Shown here: positions 50,158 to 62,938 of the stretch, piece by piece
Position numbering within the stretch: position 1 is the stretch's first letter
Layout of the letters: every line of letters starts with the position of its first letter
Source of the DNA: Octopus sinensis
Taxonomy: Eukaryota
Length of the DNA: 64,000 nucleotides
Assembly: GCF_006345805.1 (NCBI RefSeq)
Contig: NC_043002.1
Location: forward strand, 13,144,001-13,208,000
Direction: 5' to 3'
The notes under the pieces: generated by a model
What the model was told of the DNA's origin: nothing
Databases searched by the model: none
The model's input: only the letters and a program-made list of their open reading frames with translations
Translations under genes and position numbers: made by a program

Positions 50158-51179
50158 TAAGTCTTTTCGTCTGATGTTTTAAACTCGTTTTGTGCAGGAA
50201 CCCCTCATTGTATTGATGCCACCAAAATGATGCGCCAGCCAATGCATCGCGCTGTCGGAGGTTTATTACCTTTAGTACGGTTCTGAGGAGCTAAGATCAG
50301 GTTGCAGAACTTAAACCTGAATGGATAGAAGTAAAACAGACAGCGCAAAACATTTCGTCTGGCGCTCTTATATCTCCGCTAAACTATTGTCCTAGATGAA
50401 AGGGCAAATCTGACCTCCGCAAGATTTGGACACAGAACGCCAAAACAAAAACCACAAGCCATTCTATACGAAGTTCTTACGACTCTGTCAATTCGCAGAC
50501 TTCATTGTATAGCGACAAAAATTAATAAATTAAGTTAATTAATTAAATAAATAAGAACAGTGCTCTAATTAATTCAAGTATCTTTTATTCCATTAGACTG
50601 TTTACGACAAAATTACTGAATGCAAAGCAACAGCAACAAAAACAACACGAACAATCGTGACAAAATAATGAAAACAACCAATGGCAATCACTACAATAAA
50701 ATATCAAAATGTTTTCTGAATGAATTAATGGAAAACATCGTTTCAGGTATCTTATACTTTCGAACAAGGTATGAAATGTGAGAGCTCATTTGCGGCTCAC
50801 ACACGAGAGCAATGAAAATGTGTGTAAATTATTTGTAAACAGTTCTGTCGGGAAATTTAAAAATAAATTTAATAAATCCATTAACGGAGAACGTTTTGCA
50901 AACACAGAACAGGTTCGACAAAACCCATTAATGGTGTCCTTTCACTGGCAAAATTACTCGGAACACTTTACAGACGAAAACAAAATGTATTATTTTGCTA
51001 ATCAGTATTTTTTTTCTGTTGGAATTTCTGCAGGAATTTTAAGATTTAATAACAAAGTCTGGATGAGTGAGTTCAAACTCAAAGTGTGATAAAAAGAAAT
51101 CCTTCCCATAGGCTTTTCTGCCGTGTTTCCACATAGCCCCAGTCTCTGGCTGACACTAGTAGAAGGGGAAACAAGAATA

Positions 51180-51893
51180 TATATTCTGAGTTCAAATTCC
51201 GCCGAAGGCGACTTTGCCTTTCATCCTTTCGGAGTCGATAAATTAAGTAGCAGTTAAGCACAGGGGTCGATATAATCGACCTAATCCGTTTGTCTGTCCT
51301 TGTTTTGTCCTCTCTGTGTTTAGCCCCTTGTGTGTAGTAAAGAAATAGGCATTTCATCTGCCGTTACGTTCTGAGTTCAAATTCCGCCGAGGTCGACTTT
51401 GCCTTTCATCCTTTCGGGTCGATAAATTAAGTACCAATTACGCACTGGGGTCGATGTAATCGACTTAATCCGTGTGTTTGTCCTTGTTTGTCCTCATGTG
51501 TTTAAACCCTTGTGTGTAGTAAAGAAATAGGTATTTCGTCTGCCGCTACGTTCTGAGTTCAAATTCCGCCGAGGTCGACTTTGCCTTTCATCCTTTCGGG
51601 GTCGATAAATTAAGTACCAGTTGCGCACTGGAGCCGATGTAATCGACTTAATCCGTTTGTCTGTCTCCTTGTCTGTCCCCTCTGTGTTTAGCCCCTTGTG
51701 GGTAGTAAAGAAATAGGTATTTCGTCTGCCGCTACGTTCTGAGTCCAAATTCTGCCGAGGTCGACTTTGCCTTTCATCCTTTCGGGGTCGATTAAATAAG
51801 TACCAGTTACGCATTGGGATCAATATAATCGACTTAATCCGTTTGCCCATGTTTGTCTCCTCTGTGTGTAGCAACTCTGGGCATTAAAGAAAT
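51180..51893 (+). mobile_element. SINE family 2 tandem array of four ~180-188-bp body units
   Basis: Units joined at AAAGAAATA|GG(T/C)ATTTC near 51347, 51529 and 51715. Confidence 0.9.
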
Positions 51894-51897
51894 ATAT

Positions 51898-52312
51898 ACT
51901 CCTTTACTCTTTTACTTGTTTCAGTCATTTGACTGCGGCCATGCTGGAGCACCACCTTTAGTCGAGCAAATCGACCCCGGGACTTATTCTTTGTAAGCCC
52001 AGTACTTATTCTATCGGTCTCTTTTACCGAACCGCTAAGTGACGGGGACGTAAACACACCAGCATCGGTTGTCAAGCAATGCTAGGGGGACAAACACAGA
52101 CACGCAAACATATACACACACACTTATATATATATATATACATATATACGACAGGCTTCTTTCAGTTTCCGTCTATCAAATCCACTCACAAGGCATTGGT
52201 CGGCCCGGGGCTATAGCAGAAGACACTTGCCCAAGATGCCACGTAGTGGGACTGAACCCGGAACCATGTGGTTGGTTAGCAAGCTACTTACCACACAGCC
52301 ACTCCTGCGCCT
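51898..52312 (-). mobile_element. SINE family 1, full length
   Basis: As other family-1 copies. Confidence 0.92.
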
Positions 52313-52759
52313 ATATTGTTATTACTTTGTAATAAAAGAACCACGTGTAGCTTAGAAAAAGTGGAAACTATCGCATGAGTTTATACGATAGATGTTTCAC
52401 ACATGGCTTAAAGAAATCCTTTTCTGATGTGGGCGGTCTCTTCACTTATTACGTCGCTGATGGCACTCGACTCTACTTTTTTTCTTATCTAACAACTATG
52501 TTTCAATGACTGCTGTTCAGTTGAAAGGAAAAAATCCTGATACATGAGTGTTCAAACAAACGTGGGAGTGTGATAGAAGATGTCATTATTATCTTGTTAA
52601 TGCGAAGAATGTCGTGATTGTGTACAAATGATGGCCTGAATTAGTCATAAATTATGGAAAACAAATAGATGTTACTGGACACTAATCTATCGGGTGTAGC
52701 AGAAAGTGAATTGGCATGCACATTGTGTTCAGTACTGTATATATGTATTTGCTCTGTGT

Positions 52760-52862
52760 GTGTGTGTGTGATATGTATGTACGCACATATGTATGTATGT
52801 ATTTATGTATGTTGTATGTATGTATGTATGTATGTATGTATGTATGATGTATGTATGTATTA

Positions 52863-52913
<51 letters not shown>

Positions 52914-52971
52914 GTATGTATATGCATGTATGTATGTATGTATGTATGTATGTATGTATGCATGCATGTAT

Positions 52972-53050
<79 letters not shown>

Positions 53051-53173
53051 GTATGTAATGTATGTATGCATGTATGTATATATAATGTATATATATATGT
53101 ATGTATGTATGTATGTATGCATGTATGTATGTATGTATATATGTATGTATGGTATGTATGCATGCATGTATGT

Positions 53174-53223
<50 letters not shown>

Positions 53224-53259
53224 GTAATGTATGTATGCATGTATGTATATATATATATC

Positions 53260-53290
<31 letters not shown>

Positions 53291-53404
53291 GTATGTATGC
53301 ATGTATGTATGTATGTATGTATGTATGTATGTATGTATGTATGTATGCATGCATGTATGTGTGTATGTATCATTGTATGCATGCATATATTATCTATCTG
53401 CCTG

Positions 53405-53483
<79 letters not shown>

Positions 53484-53568
53484 GTCTGTCTGTCTGTCTG
53501 TCTCTCTGTCTGTCTGTCGGTCTATCTATCTGCCTGTCTCTCTGTCTGCCTGCCTGCTTGTCTGTATG

Positions 53569-53633
<65 letters not shown>

Positions 53634-53640
53634 ATTTCTG
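52760..53640. repeat. Long compound microsatellite (TATG)n/(TA)n/(TCTA)n/(TCTG)n
   Basis: Direct reading. Confidence 0.95.
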
Positions 53641-54957
53641 TACACACACACTCATGCCCCCACACATTCATGCGCACACATACTAACACACATGCATACA
53701 CACATAGAGACTAGGAGAGAGGGAGACAGGTGGGGTATGTACATGTGAATGTGTATGCATTATATTGGATTCAGAAATTGCCGAGTAGTTAAGACAAACG
53801 CTTTGCAATTATGAGGCGCCGAGTTCGATCCCTATGCGCAGCATTTTGGGTTGAAACATCCGGTCAACCAACCGAAGCCTCTTGAGTGAAACCTGGAAGA
53901 CGGAAACTGTGGAAGGCCATAGGACGAATCATGGCTACTATTCTAATGTTGTCACATTGGATCACGTTTATTTAGCCTGAGATTTACGTGTCCTATCTCT
54001 CCAACATTAGACTGCATCCGATGGTGAGGTTCCAGTTTCGGATTTCTGGAATTGTGGGGCTCATGCAGTCACCCTCTAATTACTATTACTCCCTCGTCTG
54101 CTCTGACCTGGAACGATGGTACATGTTAGGGTCCTATCTATGCGTTGAATAGATTTTCATAAGGGAAGACTGAGCTCCTTAGCTGCGGTGGAAACAATCA
54201 ATCTAAGAGAAGGAAAACTCCAAAACGAATACTCTCTTTCAACACGCCCTAAATCATTACGGAAGTGTACACCAACATGAGATATTTCCTATAACAGATT
54301 CATACTATGGTGGAAACTTTCTCATACCGGTGCGTATTCTGCCGCAGGCGGAGACAGCGAGATCTGAAATGATGGTTACATTAAAGATACACAATTCTAT
54401 GGAATATTTACTACACACTAACATATAAACGTAGTAATTAGTTCAGTTACATAGTTTGTTGGTTTAGCTTATCAGGCAGTTTAAAGCTCGTCTTGTTAGT
54501 CATTGTATACTTAAGACAGAAATATCGTTCATTTGTCAATAGCACCAGGGAAAGAACACACGCCTCCGAATCACTCGTTAAAGAACACGTCTCATGTTCA
54601 GTTAAATACTGGGCTCGATGTAATCGACTTATTTTCTCCCACCGAAATTGTTGGTCTTGAATCCCACAGTAGACTGCCAACCCGCCCGGGAGAAACAGTT
54701 GTGAGATCGATCCCTTATGCGTGAATCAGTTTTATGACTTCTGGGGCCAAAGAAACAAAATGTGTTTCAATATGTATTTATGATTTTCTAGTTTAGGGAA
54801 AGACCTGGTTTCTATCCTAGAATTAAGGTTCCATCATTCAGACACCAACTCTAGCTGTGCACAGATGCATGTATGTATGTATGTATGTATGTATGTATGT
54901 ATGTATGTATGTATGTATGTATGTATGTATGTATGTACGTACGTATGTATGTATAAA

Positions 54958-55208
54958 AATAAATGCGCCCTTTTAAAGCCTAGCCAGGCTCATGGGTTCG
55001 GTTTCCCGGTTTCAATGGCGTATGTGTTCCCCCGCTGGACGGGACGCCGGTCCATCGCAGCGTTACTCATTTTTGCCAGCTGAGTGGACTGGAGCAACGT
55101 GAAATGAAGTGTTTTGCTCAAGAACACAACGCGTCGCCCGGTCCAGGAATCGAAACCACAATCTTATGATCACGATGCTGACACCCTAACCACTAAGCCA
55201 CGCGCCTC
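54958..55208 (-). mobile_element. SINE family 3 subfamily copy within (TATG)n
   Basis: Reverse complement of 58750-58997. Confidence 0.85.
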
Positions 55209-55648
55209 CACATGTATGTACGTATGTATGTATGTATGTTGTATGTATGTATGTATGCATGTATGTATGTATGTATGTATGTGTGTATGTATGACTTCTT
55301 TTTAAAATTATTTGAAATCTTCCCGTAAGGAAAGAGCTGGTTTCTATCAAATATACGAAGCTCCATCTTTGAAATATAACAAAACGATGTCACATTTTGA
55401 ACTTAGGAAGAGTCGCGCATATTTTACTGTTTCGCTTCCATATTGTACTTGTCACTGTGCGTGTTAGCTGGAAGATCACTTTCCCTACAAGCTTCAGCTT
55501 TCCAGATTGTTCGTAAGGCTTTTACTCACAAAACCAAGATAACCAGTTATTATTGTCGTTAACGTGAATTTGTGATCTGGATATAGAAGCTGAAAGTTTC
55601 GAAGCTAATGAATTTATTGAACAGTCTACGAACTCGCCTTATGTACAT

Positions 55649-56023
55649 ACTCTCTTTTACTCTTTTACTCTTTTACTTGTTTCAGTCATTTGACTTTGGC
55701 CATGCTGGGGCACCGCTTTTAGTCGAGCAAATCGACCCCAGGACTTATTCTTTGTAAGCCTAGTACTTATTCTATCGGTCTCTTTTGCCGAATAGCTAAG
55801 TTACGGGGACGCAAACACAGACACACAAACATATGCATACACACACATACATACATATATGTACATATATACGACGTGCTTCTTTCAGTTTCCGTCTACC
55901 AAATCCATTCACAAGGCTTTTGTCGGCCTGAGGCTATAGTAGAAGACACTTGCCCAAGGTGCCACGCAGTGGGACTGAACCCGGAACGATGCGGTTCGTA
56001 AGCAAGCTACTTACCACACGCCT
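55649..56023 (-). mobile_element. SINE family 1
   Basis: As other family-1 copies. Confidence 0.88.
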
Positions 56024-56223
56024 ATATGTTCATTTATTTTCATCATGGTTTATTTGCTATGCATAGAAAACTTTTCTTTCTAACACCAGAGAGATATTGG
56101 TGTTGGTTGACTCTTAGTATTAATAATATTTTCCAAAAGCATACACACGAATGCACCAAAGGTAATTGTACACTCAAAATGTGAGTAAATGTATTCTCAA
56201 GATAGAAACATTATACATTATGC

Positions 56224-56640
56224 AAGGTGGCGAACTGGCAGAAACGTTAGCTCGCCGGGCGAAATGCTGAGCGGTATTTCGTCTGCCGTTACGTTCTGAG
56301 TTCAAATTTCGCCGAGATCGACTTTACCTTCCATCTTTTTGGGGTCGATAAATTAAGTACCAGTTACGCACTGGGGTCGATGTAATCGACTTAATCCGTT
56401 TGTCTGTCCTTGTTTGTCCCCTCTGTGTTTAGCCCCTTGTGGGTAGTAAAGAAATAGGTATTTCGTCTGCCGTTACGTTCTGAGTTCAAATTCCGCCGAG
56501 GTCTACTTTGCCTTTCATCCTTTCGAGGTCGATAAATTAAATACCAGTTACGCACTGGGGTCGATTTAATCGACTTAATCCCATTGTTTGTCCTTGTTTG
56601 TCCCCTCTATGTGTAGCCCCTTGTGGGCAGTAAAGAAATA
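56224..56640 (+). mobile_element. SINE family 2 dimer (head + two units)
   Basis: Junction AAAGAAATA|GGTATTTCG at ~56456. Confidence 0.9.
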
Positions 56641-57172
56641 AGAAATATTGTACATTTGCCAATTGACATAACTCAACACCAGGGAGAGAATACACGCCTT
56701 CGTAATACTGGTTAGGGACCACTTTTCATATTCATTTGTATCACTCACATATCAAAAGTTATTATGGACCCCAAAATTAATACCCTGTCACCTTCTGTAT
56801 CTGATCGTAAAGTATATTGCTCCCTCAGATATGTTTAGTTGTTCTGAGTCATACGTTTAATGTTTAGTGAAATCTGTAACAAAAATGTCCAGTCAGGTCT
56901 GTCCTGCTAGCATTATAGGCCCACGGTCACTTCAGCGCCCTGGGCCCAATAGTATTTATTTATTGACAGCAAATCACGGCATGCATAGATCAGAACTGGA
57001 CTCCTAGGCCATTGAGGCCACTGGTAAACCACTTCACTGGAACCGATAGTATTTATTTATTGATAGCAAACCACAGCATGCATACAACAGTATTGAGTCA
57101 CTAGACCAATGAGTTTCCCAGACAACTGGGGGCCTCATGGCACCGCATCCGGTGAACAGTGGCGAGTTGGCA

Positions 57173-57395
57173 AAGGCGGCGAGTTGGCAGAAACGTTAGC
57201 ACGCCGGGCGAAATGCGTAGTCGTATTTCGTCTGCCGTTACGTTCTGAGTTCAAATTCTGCCGAGGTCGACTTTGTCTTTCATCCTTCGAGGTCGATTAA
57301 ATAAGTACCAGTTACGCACTGGTGCGATATAATCGACTCAATCCGTTTGTCTGTCCCCTCTGTGTTTAGCCCCTTGTGGGTAGTAAAGAAATAAG
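57173..57395 (+). mobile_element. SINE family 2 monomer
   Basis: Full head and Tx1-like tail. Confidence 0.88.
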
Positions 57396-57476
57396 TATAC
57401 GGAAGAATAAGTGGACAATATGAACAATACGTGGGAGAACAGTGTTGACTATATTGAGTATAGCAGCAATAGTAGT

Positions 57477-57875
57477 GGAGGCGCAATGGCTCAATGGTTA
57501 GGGCAGCGGATTCGCAATCGAAGGATCGCGGTTTCGATTCCCAGACCGGGCGTTGTGTGTGTTTATTGAGCGAAAACACCTAAAGCTCCACGAGGCTCCG
57601 ACAGCGGGTGGTGACGACCCCTGTTGTACTCTTTCACCCCAACTTTCTCTCACTCTTTCTTCCTGTTTCTTGTCCCCGACTTCCTACGCAACCGCTGAGC
57701 CTGGATGCGTATTCATCCATCCGTCGATGCTCTCGGTGTCGGAAGTTAACCTGCTTTCTCTTCTGCGGGTCTTAGGAATAGCAAAGGACCACGTATCGGA
57801 CTTCTCCCATCTTGCGAGCTCTGGGACGAAGACCGTTCGCTCAACAGCAACAGCAACAGTAGTAGTAGTAGTATT
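57477..57875 (+). mobile_element. SINE family 3 head/core with an alternative 3' tail
   Basis: Head and core match 16871/63425 to about 57670, then an unrelated tail ending (CAACAG)/(TAG)n. Confidence 0.75.
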
Positions 57876-58285
57876 AAAGAAATGGTGGGAAGTTATATAA
57901 CATTCGGACGCAGATACCTTCACCTCTGTCATGGCTGTCGTTCTAAACAAAGATAACAAAGGTGTTAAGCACCGAAATAATTGGTGTCAGAATGCTGAGA
58001 ACAAACCCCTGATAGCAGATATAAACTTTCTGTCAGGTGTAAATATACACATTGTCTTATCTCTGAGGTAAGAACCTATTTAAAAATATCTTTTCGTGAA
58101 CTACAATAGCTTGTTTGTATTTTTATTTATCTTAATAAATGTGTAAACACGATTCGAATACTGGCCCACTCATATGAACTAACGGACACAAACTGACATC
58201 TTGCGTTTATAAATAATAAAAATATTCTGCAAACTTTCCCAGCGTTTGATATTGTTGAATATAATATATATATATATATATATAT

Positions 58286-58346
<61 letters not shown>

Positions 58347-58351
58347 GAAAT

Positions 58352-58557
58352 GTGACCGCGGTGTGTACCGTTGGCGATTTTTTTCCTCCGTCTTCCCTTC
58401 TTTGGATCTTTCCTTTTCCTATGTTTCTGACGAAGAGCTCCGCTCGGAACGCTAAACTCTCCGTCTTTCCTTCTTTCCTGACCGTCCAATAACACTATAC
58501 TTGTTCCACGTCCTCGTGTTGTTGTGTTTTCTCTTTGTGTTTTCATGTTTGGATAAC

Positions 58558-58558
<1 letters not shown>
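58352..58558 (+). mobile_element. Family A hammerhead-containing short element with a degenerate core
   Basis: GUUU-CUGACGA-A-GAGC-UCC-GCUC-GGAA-CG-CU-AAAC; preceded by (GATA)n, followed by (TA)n. Confidence 0.8.
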
Positions 58559-58590
<32 letters not shown>

Positions 58591-58749
58591 TATATATATT
58601 CTTTGGCACCCGCACTGTACAGGGTGTAACAATACCTCTCTCAAATTCACATTTCTTAAATATTTCAGAAGTAAGCGCATGCATACTGTGCACCGATTCA
58701 AATTATGTTAAAAACAGAACATATAACATAAGCTACATGAAGGTATGGT

Positions 58750-58997
58750 GGAGGCGCGTGGCTTAGTGGTTAGGGTGCCAGCACCATGATCGTAAGATTG
58801 TGGTTTCGATTCCTGGACCAGGCGACGCGTTGTGTTCTTGAGCAAAACACTTCATTTCACGTTGCTCCAGTCCAGCTGGCAAAAATGAGTAACGCTGCGA
58901 TGAACTGGCGTCCCATCCAGCTGGGGAACACATACGCCATTGAAACCGGGAAACCGGGCCCATGAGCCTGGTTAGGCTTTAAAAAGGGGGCATTTAT
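58750..58997 (+). mobile_element. SINE family 3 subfamily copy
   Basis: GGAGGCGCGTGGCTTAGTGGTTAGGG..GTTTCGATTCC head. Confidence 0.85.
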
Positions 58998-59149
58998 TTG
59001 TTTTTATTTACATGAAGGTACTATTACCGTCTGCTTAACTTTAATTGCAACCCGGCTATGGCCGTCTAAAATATGAGAGGTTTTTTTTCTAGTCCCCCCT
59101 TGTTGGATGGTGATAAACGGCTAGGGCCATATTCTTATAATGTGGCTTC

Positions 59150-59295
59150 TCTCGTACTCGTCTTAACTGCCTCTCATATCCGTCTTAATTGCCTCTCGTA
59201 TCCGTCTTAACTGCCTCTCATATCCGTCTTAATTGCCTCTCGTACTCGCCTTAACTGCCTCTCATATCCGTCTTAATTGCCTCTCGTATCCGTCT
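59150..59295. repeat. 22-bp minisatellite, ~6.6 units with alternating variants
   Basis: TCTC(G/A)TA(TC/CT)CG(T/C)CTTAA(C/T)TGCC, no spacers. Confidence 0.92.
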
Positions 59296-59764
59296 CGATT
59301 ACAATGTCTTCATATGCCTTCAAAGAGAAAATAAGCAAATCTGAAGACGAAGTCTTCGACAAGCCACAGCGCCTATTACTTGTTTTTTTCGTTCAAAAGG
59401 ACTTTAGTGTGATATTTAAAAATATACTATTAACACTTATGATATGCAAATTAGAAATACCAGCTTTCTGTAGCTACTGTAATTGTTGAGAATATAAACA
59501 TATTGGCTGCATACTTGCTTAGGAATTGATCAAGTTGATGTAGACTTCCACCCCACTGATGATGAATCCAATTAGATTTTTGAAAATCGATTAAGGTTGT
59601 TCATTTTTGTTTTTCAATCTACAGAGAACATCCAAATTAGCCCTGTTTATTAAGGCATTATATAGGTTACAATAATAAATTCTTGCTCGGATCGAAAGCG
59701 AGTTACAAATATCTTATGCTGTGAATCAACGTTCAACGCATCCCTCTATGTTAATACATTATCT

Positions 59765-60994
59765 TACGAGGGTTGAATGAAACGTTCATAGGCTGACCAA
59801 GATATTCTCTTGGAATGTGGCCAAGTGATGTTTGTTTTTTGTGACATTGTCCTTCTTGTGGTCCTCACTTCTTCTATCAGTATTGCAATTCTTAGATCCC
59901 ATTGGTAAAGACGCTTTCATTCTGTCGTCAAAAACAAAAAACATATCACCAACGGCAGATATGACGTCATCGTCACTGCGACTCTGGTTCCCAGCCAAGT
60001 GTTTTTCATGTTGGGGAACATATGATAGTCAGATGGAGTCGAATCAGGAGAATAGGGAGGGTGACCAACCAGTTCGAAGCCACAGTCATGCACATCAATC
60101 ATTGAAATTAAGGACTTGTCTGCTGGAGTATTGTCCTCGTGAAATAAGACCCCTTTCTTCAGTTTTCCTGGCTGTTTGGTCTTGAAAGCCTTTCGTAACT
60201 GCCTCTTCAAGTTGACATACTACACTTCATTGATGGTGTGGTCCTTTTCAAGATAGTCAATAAAAAACTATACCTTCTGAATCCACCCAAAACTGAGTCC
60301 ACCACTTTCCATGCTGATGAAACGTCTCTGACCTTTGGATCAGTGAGGAGGGGTGTTTCCTTTACATGGATTGTCTGTTTGTCTCTCACTCAAACTGATG
60401 AATCCAACACTCATCCTGAGTTAGGAAACGTTCAATGAAACCCGTTGGATCTGCCTCAAACAATTCTAGATTTGATCAGGTGTCAGAAAACGTGATATCC
60501 ACCAAGCAAAAACCTTCATCATGCCAAATTCCTTTTGCAGAATATTCTCAACTCTCTCACGGGATATGCTAATAGCATTTGCTATTTGATTTATAGTCTA
60601 TAGCCTGTCATTCATCATTATGTGGTGAACATGATCATTGTTTTCCTCGGTGGTGGTAGTTCCAGGTTGTTCAGACCTTCTGTCATCTTCAATACTCTCA
60701 TTTCCCCTCCTAAATTCAACAGCTAAATTTTACACTGTTGATAAATCTGGAACATCATCCCCTGGTCTTGCAACCATATCAGCATGAATGTGCTCGGGGT
60801 CTTAACCCATTTCTTGCAGGTACTTGATAACACAGCGACACCAAATTTTATCTATTTTCGAGAGAAGCCGCTACTAGTTACTTTTGAAGTGTTCGTTGAA
60901 CACAAGTGCCACATGTTAGACGAGGTTCTTCGTAATAACAGTGTAGCACAAAACGGCGGTGAATCAACATGTTCGCAGCTCTGAGCTGAAACTA

Positions 60995-60995
<1 letters not shown>
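59765..60995 (-). mobile_element. mariner (DD34D) element, transposase pseudogene at ~59800-60840
   Basis: TA-CGAGGG end, VLFHEDN, HPPYSPDSTPSDY, WKVVDSV, N-terminal HTH relic; the other end is lost in (TA)n. Confidence 0.85.
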
Positions 60996-61056
<61 letters not shown>

Positions 61057-61424
61057 TCTTCTGTCTGTTTGGGAACACTGTATCTCAGTCATTATTTACT
61101 CTACACAGACATATTATACATTTTGGGAATCAGGAAGATCCCTGGGTTGAAAATCTGCCCTTCATTTGGTTCTTGAATATCCAGTATTGGGATCTGATTT
61201 AAAAGCATTTGGGTTGCTATTTTTAGTAGGTAAAGCTTCGCTGATTCATGCCATCTTGGTTGGTGTTTATCAAATGACGTCAGACCTCAAGGGGGAAATA
61301 AATGACATTCGCTTTGCTAATTTTACGTCGAGATCAGCACTTTGGGACAAATTGGCCAACACTTGGAATTCAACTTGAGACTGGAACAATGAAATAATTG
61401 CATTACTAAAATAATTCTCATCCA

Positions 61425-62070
61425 ATTTCTTTATTAGCCACAAGGGCCCAAACATAGAGGGGAACAATACAGCCTAATTGGGGTCAGACACACAATGATT
61501 ATATGACTTTTAAAATTTTACAAAATATAATGAAATCGAATGAAATCGAATGAGATACAAGGACGAAATACAAACATGAGATGAAGCAGAGAGATGGCTT
61601 ACGCTCCGACCCCACGAGCCCCATTCTCCTACTGAAACTGTTGTATTCAGATTTATGACATGTTCACGAGGAATCTTTCATTCCCAGCACCCTCGCAACA
61701 TGCAACCATCTTTCTTTGAACATTTTCTTTGACAGGCATCTTCTCTCCAGCCTCACCTTCCTTTTAAGGTGGAAGATAAAAAAATCTTACCAACCCGAGG
61801 CTGGAGATGAAGTTTCCTGTCGCCAAACCTTTCATTCGCGACTTCCATACCACCTCTTTCGCTATTGCTACAACTGCGAGAAAACATTGCTTACCTTCTT
61901 TCGTGAGGAAATCCGGTGGATCAATTTTTACAATTGACTCAGACGACAGCTGTACTCTTCCCGAACCTGACAGCAGATGTTTTGCGTAAGCCCACACTTC
62001 AGACACTCCCGGACACTGAACAATAGCGTGTAGGACGTCCTTATCTTCTGATCAAACACCACCGTGGGGG
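61425..62070 (-). mobile_element. Tx1 3' fragment, further subfamily, with an intact 3' terminus
   Basis: HAIVQCPGVSEVWAY, LSSESIV, AIAKEVVWKSRMKG; ends TTCCCCTCTATGTTTGGGCCCTTGTGGCTAATAAAGAAAT. Confidence 0.82.
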
Positions 62071-62228
62071 GTGGGGTAGGGGGTCAAATAATGATTGTAG
62101 ACGTATTGCAGTCATTCTATATTATTTTGGTTAGTTTTGGACCGCAAGCTCAATTGTCCTTCCGCAAGGTGTGCGACTTTTAAGCTATATTCTGTCTGTC
62201 TATCTGTCTATATGTGTATATATACACG

Positions 62229-62596
62229 CTCTTTTACCCTTTTACTTGTTTCAGTCATGTGACTGTGGCCATGCTGGAGCACCGCCTTTAGTCGAGAGCA
62301 AATCGACCCCAGGACTTATTCTTTGTAAGCCTAGTACTTATTCTATCGGTCACTTTTGCCGAACCGCTAAGTTACGGGGACGTAAACACACCAGCATCGG
62401 TTGTCAAGCGATGTTGGGGTGACACACACACACACACACACACACACACCACACACACACACACACATATACACGGCGGGCTTCTACCAAATCCAATCAC
62501 AAGGCTTTGGTCGGCCCGAGGCTATAGTAGAAGACAGTAGTCGAAAGTGCCACGCTGTGGGACTGAAACCGGAACCATGTGATTCGTAAGCAAGCT
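62229..62596 (-). mobile_element. SINE family 1, head truncated
   Basis: As other family-1 copies. Confidence 0.85.
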
Positions 62597-62689
62597 ATAT
62601 ATATGTATACCTATGTATGCATGCATAATATATTCATTATAGACTCACCTGTCGTTAGATGACCTATCAGGGTTCGGTAATTTCTTGCC

Positions 62690-62938
62690 GAATAATCACA
62701 CAGATGATTTGCTTATAGTGATCAAATGTTTGGGTAGACGTAAGCTCATTCCTGCAATCAATTCGACATTACCTGTACAGGTGCAACGGGTGCCACGTGT
62801 CAGATGACAAAATGATCGCAGAGCAACGTGAAATGAAATGCTTTCTTCAAGAACACAACGCAACGCCCGGTCTGGGAATCAAACCCGCGATCTGAAAATT
62901 GACAGTGCAACATCCTATTCACTAAGCCATGCGCCTTC
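62690..62938 (-). mobile_element. SINE family 3 relative
   Basis: GCGCATGGCTTAGTG..GGGTTTGATTCCCAGACCGGGCG head. Confidence 0.75.

Noticed and set aside
50778-51089. 103-aa ORF as a host gene or transposase piece
   Set aside because: No recognisable motif; the faint resemblance to mariner C-termini is too weak.
51180-51893. CRISPR or satellite array with palindromic units
   Set aside because: Units are SINE2 bodies of ~185 bp with no spacers.
57477-57550. tRNA gene (this and other SINE heads)
   Set aside because: A and B boxes are present, but each continues into a SINE body with no clean acceptor stem or terminator; tRNAscan-SE would be decisive.
59150-59295. CRISPR-like periodic repeat
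   Set aside because: No unique spacers, no cas genes, eukaryotic context.
61166-61467. Short ORFs as a host exon
   Set aside because: They overlap or abut the Tx1 3' terminus and have no motif or splice support.
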